Source of the DNA: Alphaproteobacteria bacterium
GTDB taxonomy: Bacteria > Pseudomonadota > Alphaproteobacteria > CALKHQ01
DNA: 64,000 bases
Reading direction: 5' to 3'
Assembly: GCA_965227515.1 (NCBI GenBank)
Contig: CBDDFZ010000001.1
Coordinates: 2,752,001 to 2,816,000 of the forward strand
Made by a program: the position numbers and the translations under genes. The notes below the pieces were generated by a model that worked only from the letters and a program-made list of their open reading frames with translations, was not told the DNA's origin and did no database searches. This document shows positions 17,333 to 26,775 of the stretch, piece after piece. How positions within the stretch are numbered: position 1 is the stretch's first letter; every line of letters starts with the position of its first letter.

Positions 17333-18172
17333 ATGCGGCAGCACAAAGACATAGGTTGGTCCAAAGTGTGGGGTTGGTCCAAGGTGTGGCGCATGCGCTA
17401 TGGCGACTATCTGAAGCTGGACGGGTTGCTGGGCTGCCAGCAGCCGGTCAGCGACCAGCACGACGAGATGCTGTTCATCGTCATCCATCAGGCAACCGAG
17501 CTGTGGATGAAGGCTGGGCTGCACGAACTGGATGGGGCGATTGCCACGATCCAGGGCGACGACCTGTCCAGGGCGTTCAAGATGCTGTCGCGGTTCTCGC
17601 GCATCCAGTCGCAGCTCATTCAGTCGTGGGACGTGCTGTCGACCCTGACACCGGCCGACTATCTGACGTTTCGCGGCAAGCTGGGCAGCGCCTCGGGCCT
17701 GCAGTCGCTGCAATACCGGCTGATAGAATGCCGCCTGGGCGCGCGCAGCCCGGGCCTGGTCGACCGCCACGCCGACGACCCCGATGCGGCGGAGGCGTTG
17801 CGCGCGGCCTTGGCGGTGCCCAGCATCTACGACGTTTCGGTGACCAAACTCGCGCAGCGCGGGTTCGCCATCGCGCCAGCCTGCCTGGAGCGCGACCTGG
17901 CGCAGCCGCACGCGCTTGACGGGACAGTGGTCGACGCCTGGATGGCGGTCTATCGCGATCCCGAGCAGTACTGGGACCTTTACGAGTTGGCGGAGAAGCT
18001 GGTGGACGTGGCGGACTGGTTCCAGCAATGGCGATTCCGGCACCTGACCACGGTCGCCCGCATAATCGGCGACAAGTCCGGCACCGGCGGCACCTCTGGC
18101 GTGGCCTATCTGCGCCGTGCCCTGGACCACCGGTTTTTCCCGGAGCTGTGGGAGGTGCGGACCCGCCTGTAG
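17333..18172 (+). CDS. kynA: Tryptophan 2,3-dioxygenase (start 17333 or 17393)
   Basis: YGDYLKLD, HDEMLFIVIHQATELWMK, ASGLQSLQYR, WRFRHL, GTGGTSGVAYL, FFPELW. Confidence 0.94.
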   Translation: MRQHKDIGWSKVWGWSKVWRMRYGDYLKLDGLLGCQQPVSDQHDEMLFIVIHQATELWMKAGLHELDGAIATIQGDDLSRAFKMLSRFSRIQSQLIQSWDVLSTLTPADYLTFRGKLGSASGLQSLQYRLIECRLGARSPGLVDRHADDPDAAEALRAALAVPSIYDVSVTKLAQRGFAIAPACLERDLAQPHALDGTVVDAWMAVYRDPEQYWDLYELAEKLVDVADWFQQWRFRHLTTVARIIGDKSGTGGTSGVAYLRRALDHRFFPELWEVRTRL

Positions 18173-18307
18173 CGGCGCCGACGCGCGGTTCCGTCGGCAG
18201 GTTTCGTGCTTCGTTAACCGTGTTCTGTGATACCGGAGCGTGCGCAAGATGGCGTGGATTGCCGGCCCCGCGCCGGCCCGGCACGTCCCAACGACCGAGG
18301 ATCAGCA

Positions 18308-19186
18308 GTGTCAGTGACGGAACGGAGCTCGACCATCGACGAGGCCTGCCGTTTGCTCGGCGTGTCGCCGCACGCCAAGCCCGATGAGATCCGTGCCGCC
18401 TACCGCGCCGCCGCCAAGCGCTGCCATCCGGACCTGTTCGCCGGCGATGCGGAAAAAGAGAAGCAGTTCAAGGAGCTGACGGCAGCCTATGCGACCCTGG
18501 TCGATCCGGACCGCACGGCGCCGCGCCCTGGGTCCGCACGACCGGGCCCCGCGCGGCCGGGCCACCACCCGGGTGGGGCGCGACCCCCAGGCGCTCGGCA
18601 CGGGGCGCCGCGGCCGGCACCGAAACAGAAGGACGGCAAGCGGCGCGGCTTCCTGGCCATCGACGGGGCCAATGCCGCCTATGACGTCGAGGTCCCGATC
18701 GCATCGGTGCCGGCGGGCTGTTCCAAGACGATCACCACGACCGACGGCCGCGCGTTGAAGGTGACGGTGCCCGCCGGGATTGCCGACGGTCAGGTGCTGC
18801 GCCTGCGCGGCCAGGGCCTGCCCGGCAAGTTCGGCGGGGCCGCCGGCGATGCACTCATTTCGGTCACAATCGTCAACGATGGTCGTTTCCGCCGCGACGG
18901 GCTCGACGTCCATGCCGACATGAACGTGACGCTCGGCGAGGCGGTGCTTGGCGGTACGGCGACGCTGGTCACGCCGGCCGGGCGGGTCAACGTGTCGGTG
19001 CCATCGGGCAGCAACACCGGGGCCACGCTGCGGCTTCGCGGCAAGGGCTTGCGCGATGTGTCGGGCACCGAGGGCGATTTGTTGGTCCGCCTGCTGGTGA
19101 CGCTGCCGAAGCAGCACGACGCGGCGTTGCGACAATTCGTCGAGCATTGGGCGGCGGCGCATCCATACGATGTGCGTGGCGGGTAG
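18308..19186 (+). CDS. DnaJ-class co-chaperone (CbpA-like)
   Basis: J-domain HPD; C-terminal LRLRGQG/LRLRGKG repeats; no Zn finger. Confidence 0.88.
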   Translation: MSVTERSSTIDEACRLLGVSPHAKPDEIRAAYRAAAKRCHPDLFAGDAEKEKQFKELTAAYATLVDPDRTAPRPGSARPGPARPGHHPGGARPPGARHGAPRPAPKQKDGKRRGFLAIDGANAAYDVEVPIASVPAGCSKTITTTDGRALKVTVPAGIADGQVLRLRGQGLPGKFGGAAGDALISVTIVNDGRFRRDGLDVHADMNVTLGEAVLGGTATLVTPAGRVNVSVPSGSNTGATLRLRGKGLRDVSGTEGDLLVRLLVTLPKQHDAALRQFVEHWAAAHPYDVRGG

Positions 19187-19274
19187 GAGCATGTAGACTT
19201 GCGTTTGAGCGGTCTATGAATTGCGGACGGCGCGGCGGAACAGCCGGCGCAAATCGAGCTTCGGGAGATCGAGT

Positions 19275-19772
19275 ATGAAATCGATGCAACCCTTCACCTT
19301 GGCAGTCGGCGCGGCTGTGATGGCTGCGGGCCTGCTGGCCGCGACCGGCGCTGGCGCCGTGATGTCGGGTGGCGACGGCCCTGGGCCCGACCCCAGCATG
19401 TCGGCGTCGAACCAGGCGCTATTCGCGGAAGGTGCCGATGCGATTTCCGCCGGCAACTACGCCGCGGCGCTGGCGCCCTTGGGCGAGTTGCAGACCGCCG
19501 ATCCGCGCAATGCGGACGTGCTGAACATGCTGGGCTATGCCACCCGCCAGCTCGGCCAGTACCAGGAGTCCCTGGAGTACTACCGCCAGGCGCTTTCCAT
19601 AGATCCGGAGCATCTGGGCGCCAACGAGTACCTGGGCGAGCTCTATCTGGCGCTGGGCAACCTGGCCGCCGCGCAGGAGCGCTTGGCGGTGCTGGACGAG
19701 GTCTGCCTGCTCGGCTGCGACGAGTATGACGCGCTGGCCGCGGCCATCGACGCGTTCATGGTGGCTGAATAG
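19275..19772 (+). CDS. Secreted TPR protein
   Basis: Signal peptide; NADVLNMLGY, YYRQALSIDPEHLGANEYLGELYL. Confidence 0.85.
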   Translation: MKSMQPFTLAVGAAVMAAGLLAATGAGAVMSGGDGPGPDPSMSASNQALFAEGADAISAGNYAAALAPLGELQTADPRNADVLNMLGYATRQLGQYQESLEYYRQALSIDPEHLGANEYLGELYLALGNLAAAQERLAVLDEVCLLGCDEYDALAAAIDAFMVAE

Positions 19773-19872
19773 TTGACTAGCTCGTCGCGCGTTTAACCTG
19801 CAACGTGCTCAGGCCCGATCATTGAGCGGGTCGGCCCCGACCGCAAGTCGCCGAGAATCTGCAAATCCCCCA

Positions 19873-20008
19873 TTGTCATCCTTGGCCGAGGCCAAGCGAA
19901 GCGATGGGCGAGTGCCGAGGATCCATCCCGCCGTTCGCGCGATGCGGACCATGGATCCTCGACGCGGCGCGCGGAACAAGTTCCAGGCGCGCCGGTCAAG
20001 GATGACAA
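19873..20008. repeat. REP-like palindromic element (TTGTCATCCTTG...CAAGGATGACAA) between convergent genes
   Basis: Terminal inverted repeat plus internal GAGGATCCAT/ATGGATCCTC pair. Confidence 0.65.
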
Positions 20009-20074
20009 AGGAGTTTGTTACGGGGCAAAGGCGCCTACGTACTGATGCGGATACAGAATCCGGCGCCCGGTACT

Positions 20075-21742
20075 CTAGCTAATTTCTTCCGGCAGTTCGG
20101 CCGCGTTGGGCACCAGGGTCACCACCATCCGCTCGACCCGGCCGCGCACATCCACGGTCTCCATGCGATAACGGCTGACGTCGAGACCGGCGCGGTCGGC
20201 GACGCTTTGCGCCAGGATCAGTTCGACCTTCTGCTCCTTGGTCATCGCCTCCAGCCGGCTGGCGGTGTTGACGGTGTCGCCGATGGCGGTCAGCCCGGTG
20301 GCCGAAGCATGGCCCATCTCGCCGACGATGGTCGGGCCGAAATTGATGCCGATGCCGATGCGCATCGGGCTGTCGAGTTCGCCGGTCAGCGCCTGGTTGA
20401 GGGCATCCAGGTGTAGCGACATGCGCCGCGCGGCGTCGATGGCGCGCCGGCACGCCTCGGCCGGGTCCGAATCGATGCCGAAGATCGCCATCACCCCGTC
20501 GCCGATGAACTTGTCCAGGTGGCCGCCGGCATCCTCGACCGCCGTGCCCATGGCGCGGAAATACCGGTTGAGGATGAACACCAGGTCGAACGGCAACTGG
20601 CCCTCCGACAGGGCGGTGAAGCCGCGCATGTCGGCGAACAACACTGCGACTTCCTGCTCCTGACCGCTGCGGCTGGCGGCGGCTGCGCGACCGGCGGCGG
20701 CGGTGGCGGTCGGTGGCAACAGCGGCACGATGGTCACATCGCTGGTCGGATGGGTCTGGCAGGCCAGCCGCACGTTGGGCGGCGCGCCGACCCGGTTCAG
20801 CACCCGCTGCTCGGCCTCGCTGGTCGGCGGCAGGTCCTCCAACCCTTCGCTGACACGCACGCGGCAGGTGGAACACCGCCCACGCCCACCGCAAACGGAG
20901 GCGTGGGGCACATCGTTGGCGCGGCTGACGTCCAGGATGCTGGCACCGATCGGCGCCACGCAGGACTGGCCGCCGGCATACTGCACCCGGAACCGCCGGT
21001 GGCGCCGGCGGACCACCACCAGCACCAGCCTGGCGGCGATCGTCGCGGCCAGCACGATGCCAAGGCCGATGAAGATGTAGTCGCGCAGCGACAGCAGGAA
21101 CGCGATCTGGTCGTCGTTCAGCCAGTCGATCCGGCCGAAAAGGCGTTCGCGGGCGGCCTCGTCCTCGACAATGACCGCCAGCTCCCGGCCCATGGTGGCG
21201 AAGCCGAACAGGGACGCCACCGGAATGAGCAGCGCCGCGCCCAACAGGTATGGCATGGCGGTGGCGTACCACGGCTTCAGCCGCAGCCAGGCGTGCAGCC
21301 CGATGCAGCCATGCCCCCACGCGGCGAACAGGGCACCGACCTGCATCAACCCGCTGACCGGGTCGTACACCCACAGCAGCAGCACGATGTAGACGTAGTT
21401 GATGTCCTGGTCGAAGATCTGCTGCGCGGCGCGGGTGCCGATCACGTGCTCCAGCACCAGGGCCGGGATGGCGAGGCCGAGCAGCAACTGCGCCGCCTCG
21501 CTTGGGCGGATATGCCGAAACCGCCGCCGGCTGATGATGGCCCAGGCGGCCAGCGCCATGTGCACCAGGAAGCTGCCGTAGAGCGCGACCTGGAGCAGGA
21601 AGAACTCCCAGAACTCGTGGAAGACCTCCTCAACCGCCAGGGCGGCGCGCAGCGAATAGACGCCGACCGCGTGGTTCAGCAGGTGCGTCACCACAAAAAA
21701 CATCAGGATGAGGCCGGTAACCAGCCTGACCTTGCGCACCAT
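20075..21742 (-). CDS. Class III adenylate/guanylate cyclase with a His-rich membrane domain and 2Fe-2S ferredoxin (CyaC-like)
   Basis: TM region with HLLNH, H, EH and HG..H; CGGRGRCSTC...RLAC; FADMRGFT, DKFIGDG, GDTVNTASRLE. Confidence 0.92.
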   Translation of the reverse strand: MVRKVRLVTGLILMFFVVTHLLNHAVGVYSLRAALAVEEVFHEFWEFFLLQVALYGSFLVHMALAAWAIISRRRFRHIRPSEAAQLLLGLAIPALVLEHVIGTRAAQQIFDQDINYVYIVLLLWVYDPVSGLMQVGALFAAWGHGCIGLHAWLRLKPWYATAMPYLLGAALLIPVASLFGFATMGRELAVIVEDEAARERLFGRIDWLNDDQIAFLLSLRDYIFIGLGIVLAATIAARLVLVVVRRRHRRFRVQYAGGQSCVAPIGASILDVSRANDVPHASVCGGRGRCSTCRVRVSEGLEDLPPTSEAEQRVLNRVGAPPNVRLACQTHPTSDVTIVPLLPPTATAAAGRAAAASRSGQEQEVAVLFADMRGFTALSEGQLPFDLVFILNRYFRAMGTAVEDAGGHLDKFIGDGVMAIFGIDSDPAEACRRAIDAARRMSLHLDALNQALTGELDSPMRIGIGINFGPTIVGEMGHASATGLTAIGDTVNTASRLEAMTKEQKVELILAQSVADRAGLDVSRYRMETVDVRGRVERMVVTLVPNAAELPEEIS

Positions 21743-21977
21743 GGACGGTGTCGCTCCGTTCGTTTCTTGTTGGCCGGCAGGCCGTTAAGGGCGGGAGGCT
21801 GCCAAGCGAATGCGGCACAGTGTGCCGTGACAGGCGAATAGGCAATACCGGCGCACTGATATCCGTGTGATATCGGTCATTGCGCGATTGATTGTTTGTT
21901 GACACCGGCAACCTCGCCACGCAGCACTACGCCCCACGGGCGCGGTCGGCGCGGGCGCGGCAATTCGGAGACACAGT

Positions 21978-22793
21978 GTGGTCCTAGTCTGGCTGGTGCT
22001 GGCGGTGGTCGTGGCCTACGCCGGCGTCGTGGCGTTCATGTACTTCCGCCAGCGCCATCTGCTTTTTCACCCGAACGCGTCGCGGCCGGATCCGGAGGCA
22101 CTTGGCATCGGCGAACTGGGCGAGATCGCGCTGCACACGGCCGATGGCCTGACGCTGCGCGCCTGGTATGCGCCGCCATCAATGCCCGATGGCCCAGTGC
22201 TGGCGTTCTTTCACGGCAACGCGGGCTCGCTGGACGACCGGCCGCACAAGCTGCGCATCCTGCTGGATATGGGGCTGGGCCTGATGTTCGTGGCCTGGCG
22301 CGGCTACAGCGACAATCCAGGCAGTCCGACGGAGGAAGGGCTCTACACCGATGCCCGGGCGGCCCTGCACTGGCTGGGCGACCAGGGCATCACGCCGGCG
22401 CAGACGATCTTCTACGGCGAATCGCTGGGCACCGCGGTCGCGGTGCGGATGGCGACCGAGATGAACCCGGCTGCCCTGGTGCTCGAGGCGCCGCCAAGTT
22501 CAATCTCGGACGCCGCGCGCTTCCACTATCCCTGGCTGCCGATCCAAGGCCTGATCAAGGACCGGTTCGACAGCCAGGCGATCATCGCTCAGGTCACCGC
22601 CCCGATCCTGATCATGCACGGGCACATGGACAAGGTCGTGCCGCTGCGGCTGGGCGAGAAGCTGCACGCCGCCGCCCCGTCGGGCGCGCATTTCTGGACC
22701 TCCGAGACGGCCGTGCACATGGACCTTTACGAGCATGGCGCGGGGCCGGTGGTGGAGCGCTTCCTGCGCGACAACGGCGTTATCGCCGCCTAG
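21978..22793 (+). CDS. Alpha/beta hydrolase with N-terminal anchor
   Basis: FHGNAG, GESLG nucleophile elbow, HGHMD. Confidence 0.88.
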   Translation: MVLVWLVLAVVVAYAGVVAFMYFRQRHLLFHPNASRPDPEALGIGELGEIALHTADGLTLRAWYAPPSMPDGPVLAFFHGNAGSLDDRPHKLRILLDMGLGLMFVAWRGYSDNPGSPTEEGLYTDARAALHWLGDQGITPAQTIFYGESLGTAVAVRMATEMNPAALVLEAPPSSISDAARFHYPWLPIQGLIKDRFDSQAIIAQVTAPILIMHGHMDKVVPLRLGEKLHAAAPSGAHFWTSETAVHMDLYEHGAGPVVERFLRDNGVIAA

Positions 22794-22805
22794 AGCATGA
22801 TCACT

Positions 22806-22891
22806 TAAGTCGGCACCGGCCCTCTCCCCCACCCGGCCACCCACGAGAGTATCCTGCTGGGCGGCCGGGTGGGGGAGAGGGCTGGCGCAGA
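22806..22891. repeat. Palindromic MITE/REP-like repeat, copy 1
   Basis: CCCTCTCCCCCACCCGGCC...GGCCGGGTGGGGGAGAGGG; an inverted near-identical copy lies at 54331-54418. Confidence 0.8.
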
Positions 22892-22923
22892 TTCAGCGTA
22901 AGCTGATCCCGATCTAGTTACCC

Positions 22924-23622
22924 TCAGCCACCGGGAATTTCGGTCGTCGGATCGCAGAACTCACTTGCCGGGTCGGCAAGGCACTGCCGGACCGCACCGA
23001 CATAGGCGCGCAGATAGTCGTTGGCCGCCGTGTCGCCGGACGCTTCCAGTTCGTCGAGCATCGCCGCCGCATCCCCGTCGTGGCCGGCGTGGATCAGCGC
23101 GAAGGCGGTCAGCGCCGTGTAGAACGGCCGGCTTTCCGGGTCCGCTCCGGGCAGGGCGTCCGGGGCCTCGCTGGCCATCAGTTCCAGGTAGGCGGTGTCT
23201 GCCAGCGTGTGGCCGGGATCGCGCGCCAGGCCACGCGCCAGCAGGTTGAAGCGCAGCCAGGCATCGTCGGTGCCGAGGTAATCCTCCGCATACCACGCCA
23301 CGTAGTAGGGCGACTGGGCGCTGACCGCCGCGTAGGCGTCGGAAGCGACCAGGTCGCGCAGCCGCGCGACTTCATCGTCGGTGAAGTCGCGATAGACCGG
23401 AAACCCGCTGCCCGGGCATTGCGGCATGTGGGTGACGAAGTCGCAACTGGTCACCGGCGCCAGCGCCATGGTGTAGCCGAAGTAGCTGCAGCTCGCCGTG
23501 CCCGTGACCTCGAAGATCAGCCCGTCGATCGGGCAGGTCACGTGTTCCGGCACCGGTATGCCGGCCGAAGCCGGCGCGCTCAGCAACAGGCAAAATCCGA
23601 GACAGGTTATACTTGGCCGCAT
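22924..23622 (-). CDS. Secreted Cys-rich hypothetical protein (DUF2225-like CPxxG start)
   Basis: Signal peptide; TCPIDG..CS..C..QCP; helical C-terminus. Confidence 0.65.
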   Translation of the reverse strand: MRPSITCLGFCLLLSAPASAGIPVPEHVTCPIDGLIFEVTGTASCSYFGYTMALAPVTSCDFVTHMPQCPGSGFPVYRDFTDDEVARLRDLVASDAYAAVSAQSPYYVAWYAEDYLGTDDAWLRFNLLARGLARDPGHTLADTAYLELMASEAPDALPGADPESRPFYTALTAFALIHAGHDGDAAAMLDELEASGDTAANDYLRAYVGAVRQCLADPASEFCDPTTEIPGG

Positions 23623-23949
23623 CGTTCCGTCCTTTGTGGTCGTCTGGCCGAAACCAGTGTTCGGCCGTGCCCGCGTGTCGTCTGTCCCTTGAAACGATGC
23701 TCGAATGCCAACGCGGCGGAATGATGGCGGCGTCCCACTGTCGTGTTTTGTTGGGCAAATGCCCGCAACGGCTTGACATGATCGAAATCGGCGACCTACC
23801 GTCATGGTGTCGCCGCGCACCGACGCGGCGTGCTCCAACCAAGGCAACGCCCATCAAGTGCACGCCCGTGCACGCGAGGGCGGGCCGCCAACCAAGAAAC
23901 GCGGTTGGGGCAATCGACATCGGGCAAACCCGATTTGGGAGGAGACCAG

Positions 23950-25599
23950 ATGAAGTATGTAACAGGGGCAGCGCTTGCCGCGTTGCTCGCGTCAACGGCG
24001 CTGTCGGGCGCCGCTGTCGGCCAGGACGTCGAGTACGTCACCTGGAACGACGACGGCACGGTAACCCTGCGCGCCGACCCCGAGTACAATTTCGAGGTGA
24101 CCTTCGACGCCGCCAAGCTGGGCGCGTTGTTCGCGGCGGACTACAAGCCGTTCGAGGGCGACGAAGTCACCGTGCTGACCCTGGACTCCGGTCCGAAGGG
24201 CGGCATCTCGGGTCCGCTGTTCATGTTCCGCCCGATCTGGGAAGAGTTGACCGGCGCCACGCTGGACATCGCGCTGACCCCGATCACCGACCTGTACGGC
24301 AAGATGATGCAGGACCTGGAACAGGGCCAGGGCCTGTATGACGCCATCATCGTCGGCGCGTTCTTTTACGGCAACCTGATCGCCGGCAACTACATGATCC
24401 CGGTCGACGACTACATCGCGTCCGGCGACTACGGTGACTGGAACTATGACGTCATGCCGGCGTCGCTGCTGAACCTGCACACGTGGGAAGGTGTGGGCTA
24501 CGGCGTGCTGAACGATGCCGACGGCCAGGTGCTGTACTACCGCAGCGACATGCTGAACGATGCCGACCATCAGGCGGCGTTCGAGGCCGAGTACGGCTAT
24601 GCGATGCCGGTGCCGCCGCGCACGTGGCAGCAGCTCCTGGACATCGCGCGCTACTTCGATGCGCAGGGCAGCTGGGACGATACCGATCCGGACGATGACA
24701 GCGGCATGGTCATGCACCTGAAGGTGGGTGAGCAGGGCCACTATCACTTCCAGTCGCTGTCGGCGCCGTTCGCGATCACGCCCGGCGACCTCGACCGCTA
24801 CCACAATGTCTACTGGTTCGATCCGGAAGACATGACCCCGCTGATCAACAGCCCCGGCCACGTCGAGGCGCTGGAGTTCCTGCTGCAGTTGCACGAGACC
24901 GGCCCTGCCGCCCAGGTTGGCTGGTCGCTCGGCGAGGCATGGGACTACTTCCTGCGCGGCAAGGCCGTGTTCACCTTCTCCTGGGGCGACGTCGGTTCGC
25001 TGTGCCAGGACGAGGAGCGCTCCGTCATCAAGGGCAACTGCGCCGCGGCCGTGCTGCCTAGCTCGGATCGTTATTGGGATCATGAGAATGGGGCATGGGT
25101 CGAGACGGACGAGCCTGGCTTCGTTGGCAACACCACCGGCGGCTCCTGGCACGGCGTGATCTCCGCGTTTGCCGACGCGCCTGACGCGGCCTATTCGCTG
25201 CTGGCGCTGATGGCGATCAAGGAGAACTCGATCTTCCTGGCCAACAATGGCTGGACCGGTGTCGACCCGGGCTACAGCTACCAGTTCCTGGCGCCGGACG
25301 GCGAGGCCACGATCGAGGACTACGTGGCGGCCGGCTGGGACGCAGGCGACGTCGAGACCTATCTTGAGGCGTACAAGAACACGTTCAACGCGCCGACCAT
25401 GCTGACCTACCTGCGCATCCAGGGTGCGCCGGAGTATTGGGACATCATGGACAAGAACCTGTCGGCGGCCATGAGTGGCGAGAAGACGGCGCAAGAGGCG
25501 CTGGACGACACGGCGGCGACCTGGGAGGAGATCACCGATCGCCTCGGCCGGGATTCGCAGCTTGAGGCGTATCAAGCCGCCATCGGCTACGGCAACTAG
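23950..25599 (+). CDS. Carbohydrate ABC transporter substrate-binding protein
   Basis: Signal peptide; LYYRSDML, PRTWQQ, GKAVF, AQEALDD. Confidence 0.88.
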   Translation: MKYVTGAALAALLASTALSGAAVGQDVEYVTWNDDGTVTLRADPEYNFEVTFDAAKLGALFAADYKPFEGDEVTVLTLDSGPKGGISGPLFMFRPIWEELTGATLDIALTPITDLYGKMMQDLEQGQGLYDAIIVGAFFYGNLIAGNYMIPVDDYIASGDYGDWNYDVMPASLLNLHTWEGVGYGVLNDADGQVLYYRSDMLNDADHQAAFEAEYGYAMPVPPRTWQQLLDIARYFDAQGSWDDTDPDDDSGMVMHLKVGEQGHYHFQSLSAPFAITPGDLDRYHNVYWFDPEDMTPLINSPGHVEALEFLLQLHETGPAAQVGWSLGEAWDYFLRGKAVFTFSWGDVGSLCQDEERSVIKGNCAAAVLPSSDRYWDHENGAWVETDEPGFVGNTTGGSWHGVISAFADAPDAAYSLLALMAIKENSIFLANNGWTGVDPGYSYQFLAPDGEATIEDYVAAGWDAGDVETYLEAYKNTFNAPTMLTYLRIQGAPEYWDIMDKNLSAAMSGEKTAQEALDDTAATWEEITDRLGRDSQLEAYQAAIGYGN

Positions 25600-25611
25600 G
25601 CCGAACGGATG

Positions 25612-25641
25612 ACGGCCCGGCCAATGTTCGGTCGGGCCGTC
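25612..25641 (+). promoter_or_regulatory. Intercistronic stem-loop after the binding-protein gene
   Basis: GACGGCCCGG...TCGGGCCGTC. Confidence 0.45.
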
Positions 25642-25818
25642 GCCCAATTCGCGGACGATGGCGCTGTTCGGTGTGCGCCATCGCCGCGGACGGGTGACAC
25701 CGAACGGCATACGCCCACCCACTCCAACTCACTGAACGGCGTGGCGAACGACGTGGCAAGCGCCGAGGCGCTCAACGCCACCCGACTCCCGACACTGATC
25801 TCGAGGCAGCCCTGAACG

Positions 25819-26769
25819 ATGCGGTGGTCCGGCAAGATAGGCTTGTACTTCCTGATGCCCGCTGTGCTGTGGGTGCTGGGCTTCACGATCTTTCCGCTCG
25901 GCTACGCGGCTTTTCTCAGCCTGCACACGGTCGACCAGGAGGTCGAGATCATCGACCGCATCCAGGTGCCGGTGCTGGATGACGACGGCAACCCGATCCT
26001 GAAGCCGAACGGCGAACCGCGCACCCGCACCGAAGTGGTGCGCGAGCTGAACACCACGTTCACCTGGAACGATTTCGACAATTTCGGCCGCGCGTTTCGC
26101 GACGACCAGGTCGCCGACGCCGCCATCTTCAGCAGTATCTTCCTGGTCGTCGGCGTCAGCGTGGAGGTGATCCTCGGCCTGTTGCTGGCGTTCCTGTTCA
26201 ACCGGCCGATTTTCGCGCGACCATTGCTGCGCACGGTCATGATCCTGCCGATCTTCGCGACACCCATCGCCATCGGCTACCTGTTCTTCACCGTCTTCTA
26301 CGAGGAAGGCGGGCCGCTGGCCTTCATCAACATACCCTGGCTGTCAGACCCGTTCTGGGCCAAGGTCTCGGTCATCATCGTCGACATATGGCAATGGACG
26401 CCATTCTGCTTCCTGGTCTTCCTGGCCGCCTTGCAGGGGTTGCCGGAGGATCTGCTGGAAGCGGCGCGCCTGGACACGCGCTCGGCATGGGACCTGTGGG
26501 TCAACGTGATCCTGCCGCTGCTGAAGCCGGTGATCATCATCGTAATCCTGCTGCGGCTGGCGGAATCGCTGAAGCTGTTCGACATCATCGCCACCTTGAC
26601 GAAAGGAGGGCCGGGAACCGCGACCCAGTCCTACAGCTACTATGCGTTCACGGTGGGCTACAAACTGCGCGACTTCGGCTACGCCTGCGCCCAGGCCTTC
26701 CTGCTGCTGATCGTGGTGATGATTATCGTCACCTTCTTCTTCCGCATGCTGCGAGCCCAGTATGAGTAG
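25819..26769 (+). CDS. Sugar ABC transporter permease
   Basis: DIWQWTPF, EAARLD, LPLLKP. Confidence 0.9.
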   Translation: MRWSGKIGLYFLMPAVLWVLGFTIFPLGYAAFLSLHTVDQEVEIIDRIQVPVLDDDGNPILKPNGEPRTRTEVVRELNTTFTWNDFDNFGRAFRDDQVADAAIFSSIFLVVGVSVEVILGLLLAFLFNRPIFARPLLRTVMILPIFATPIAIGYLFFTVFYEEGGPLAFINIPWLSDPFWAKVSVIIVDIWQWTPFCFLVFLAALQGLPEDLLEAARLDTRSAWDLWVNVILPLLKPVIIIVILLRLAESLKLFDIIATLTKGGPGTATQSYSYYAFTVGYKLRDFGYACAQAFLLLIVVMIIVTFFFRMLRAQYE

Positions 26770-26775
26770 CCCAGT

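Noticed and set aside
17354-17389. Tandem repeat as a CRISPR remnant
   Set aside because: Two adjacent 18-bp units with no spacer and no cas genes; no CRISPR array seen anywhere in the window.
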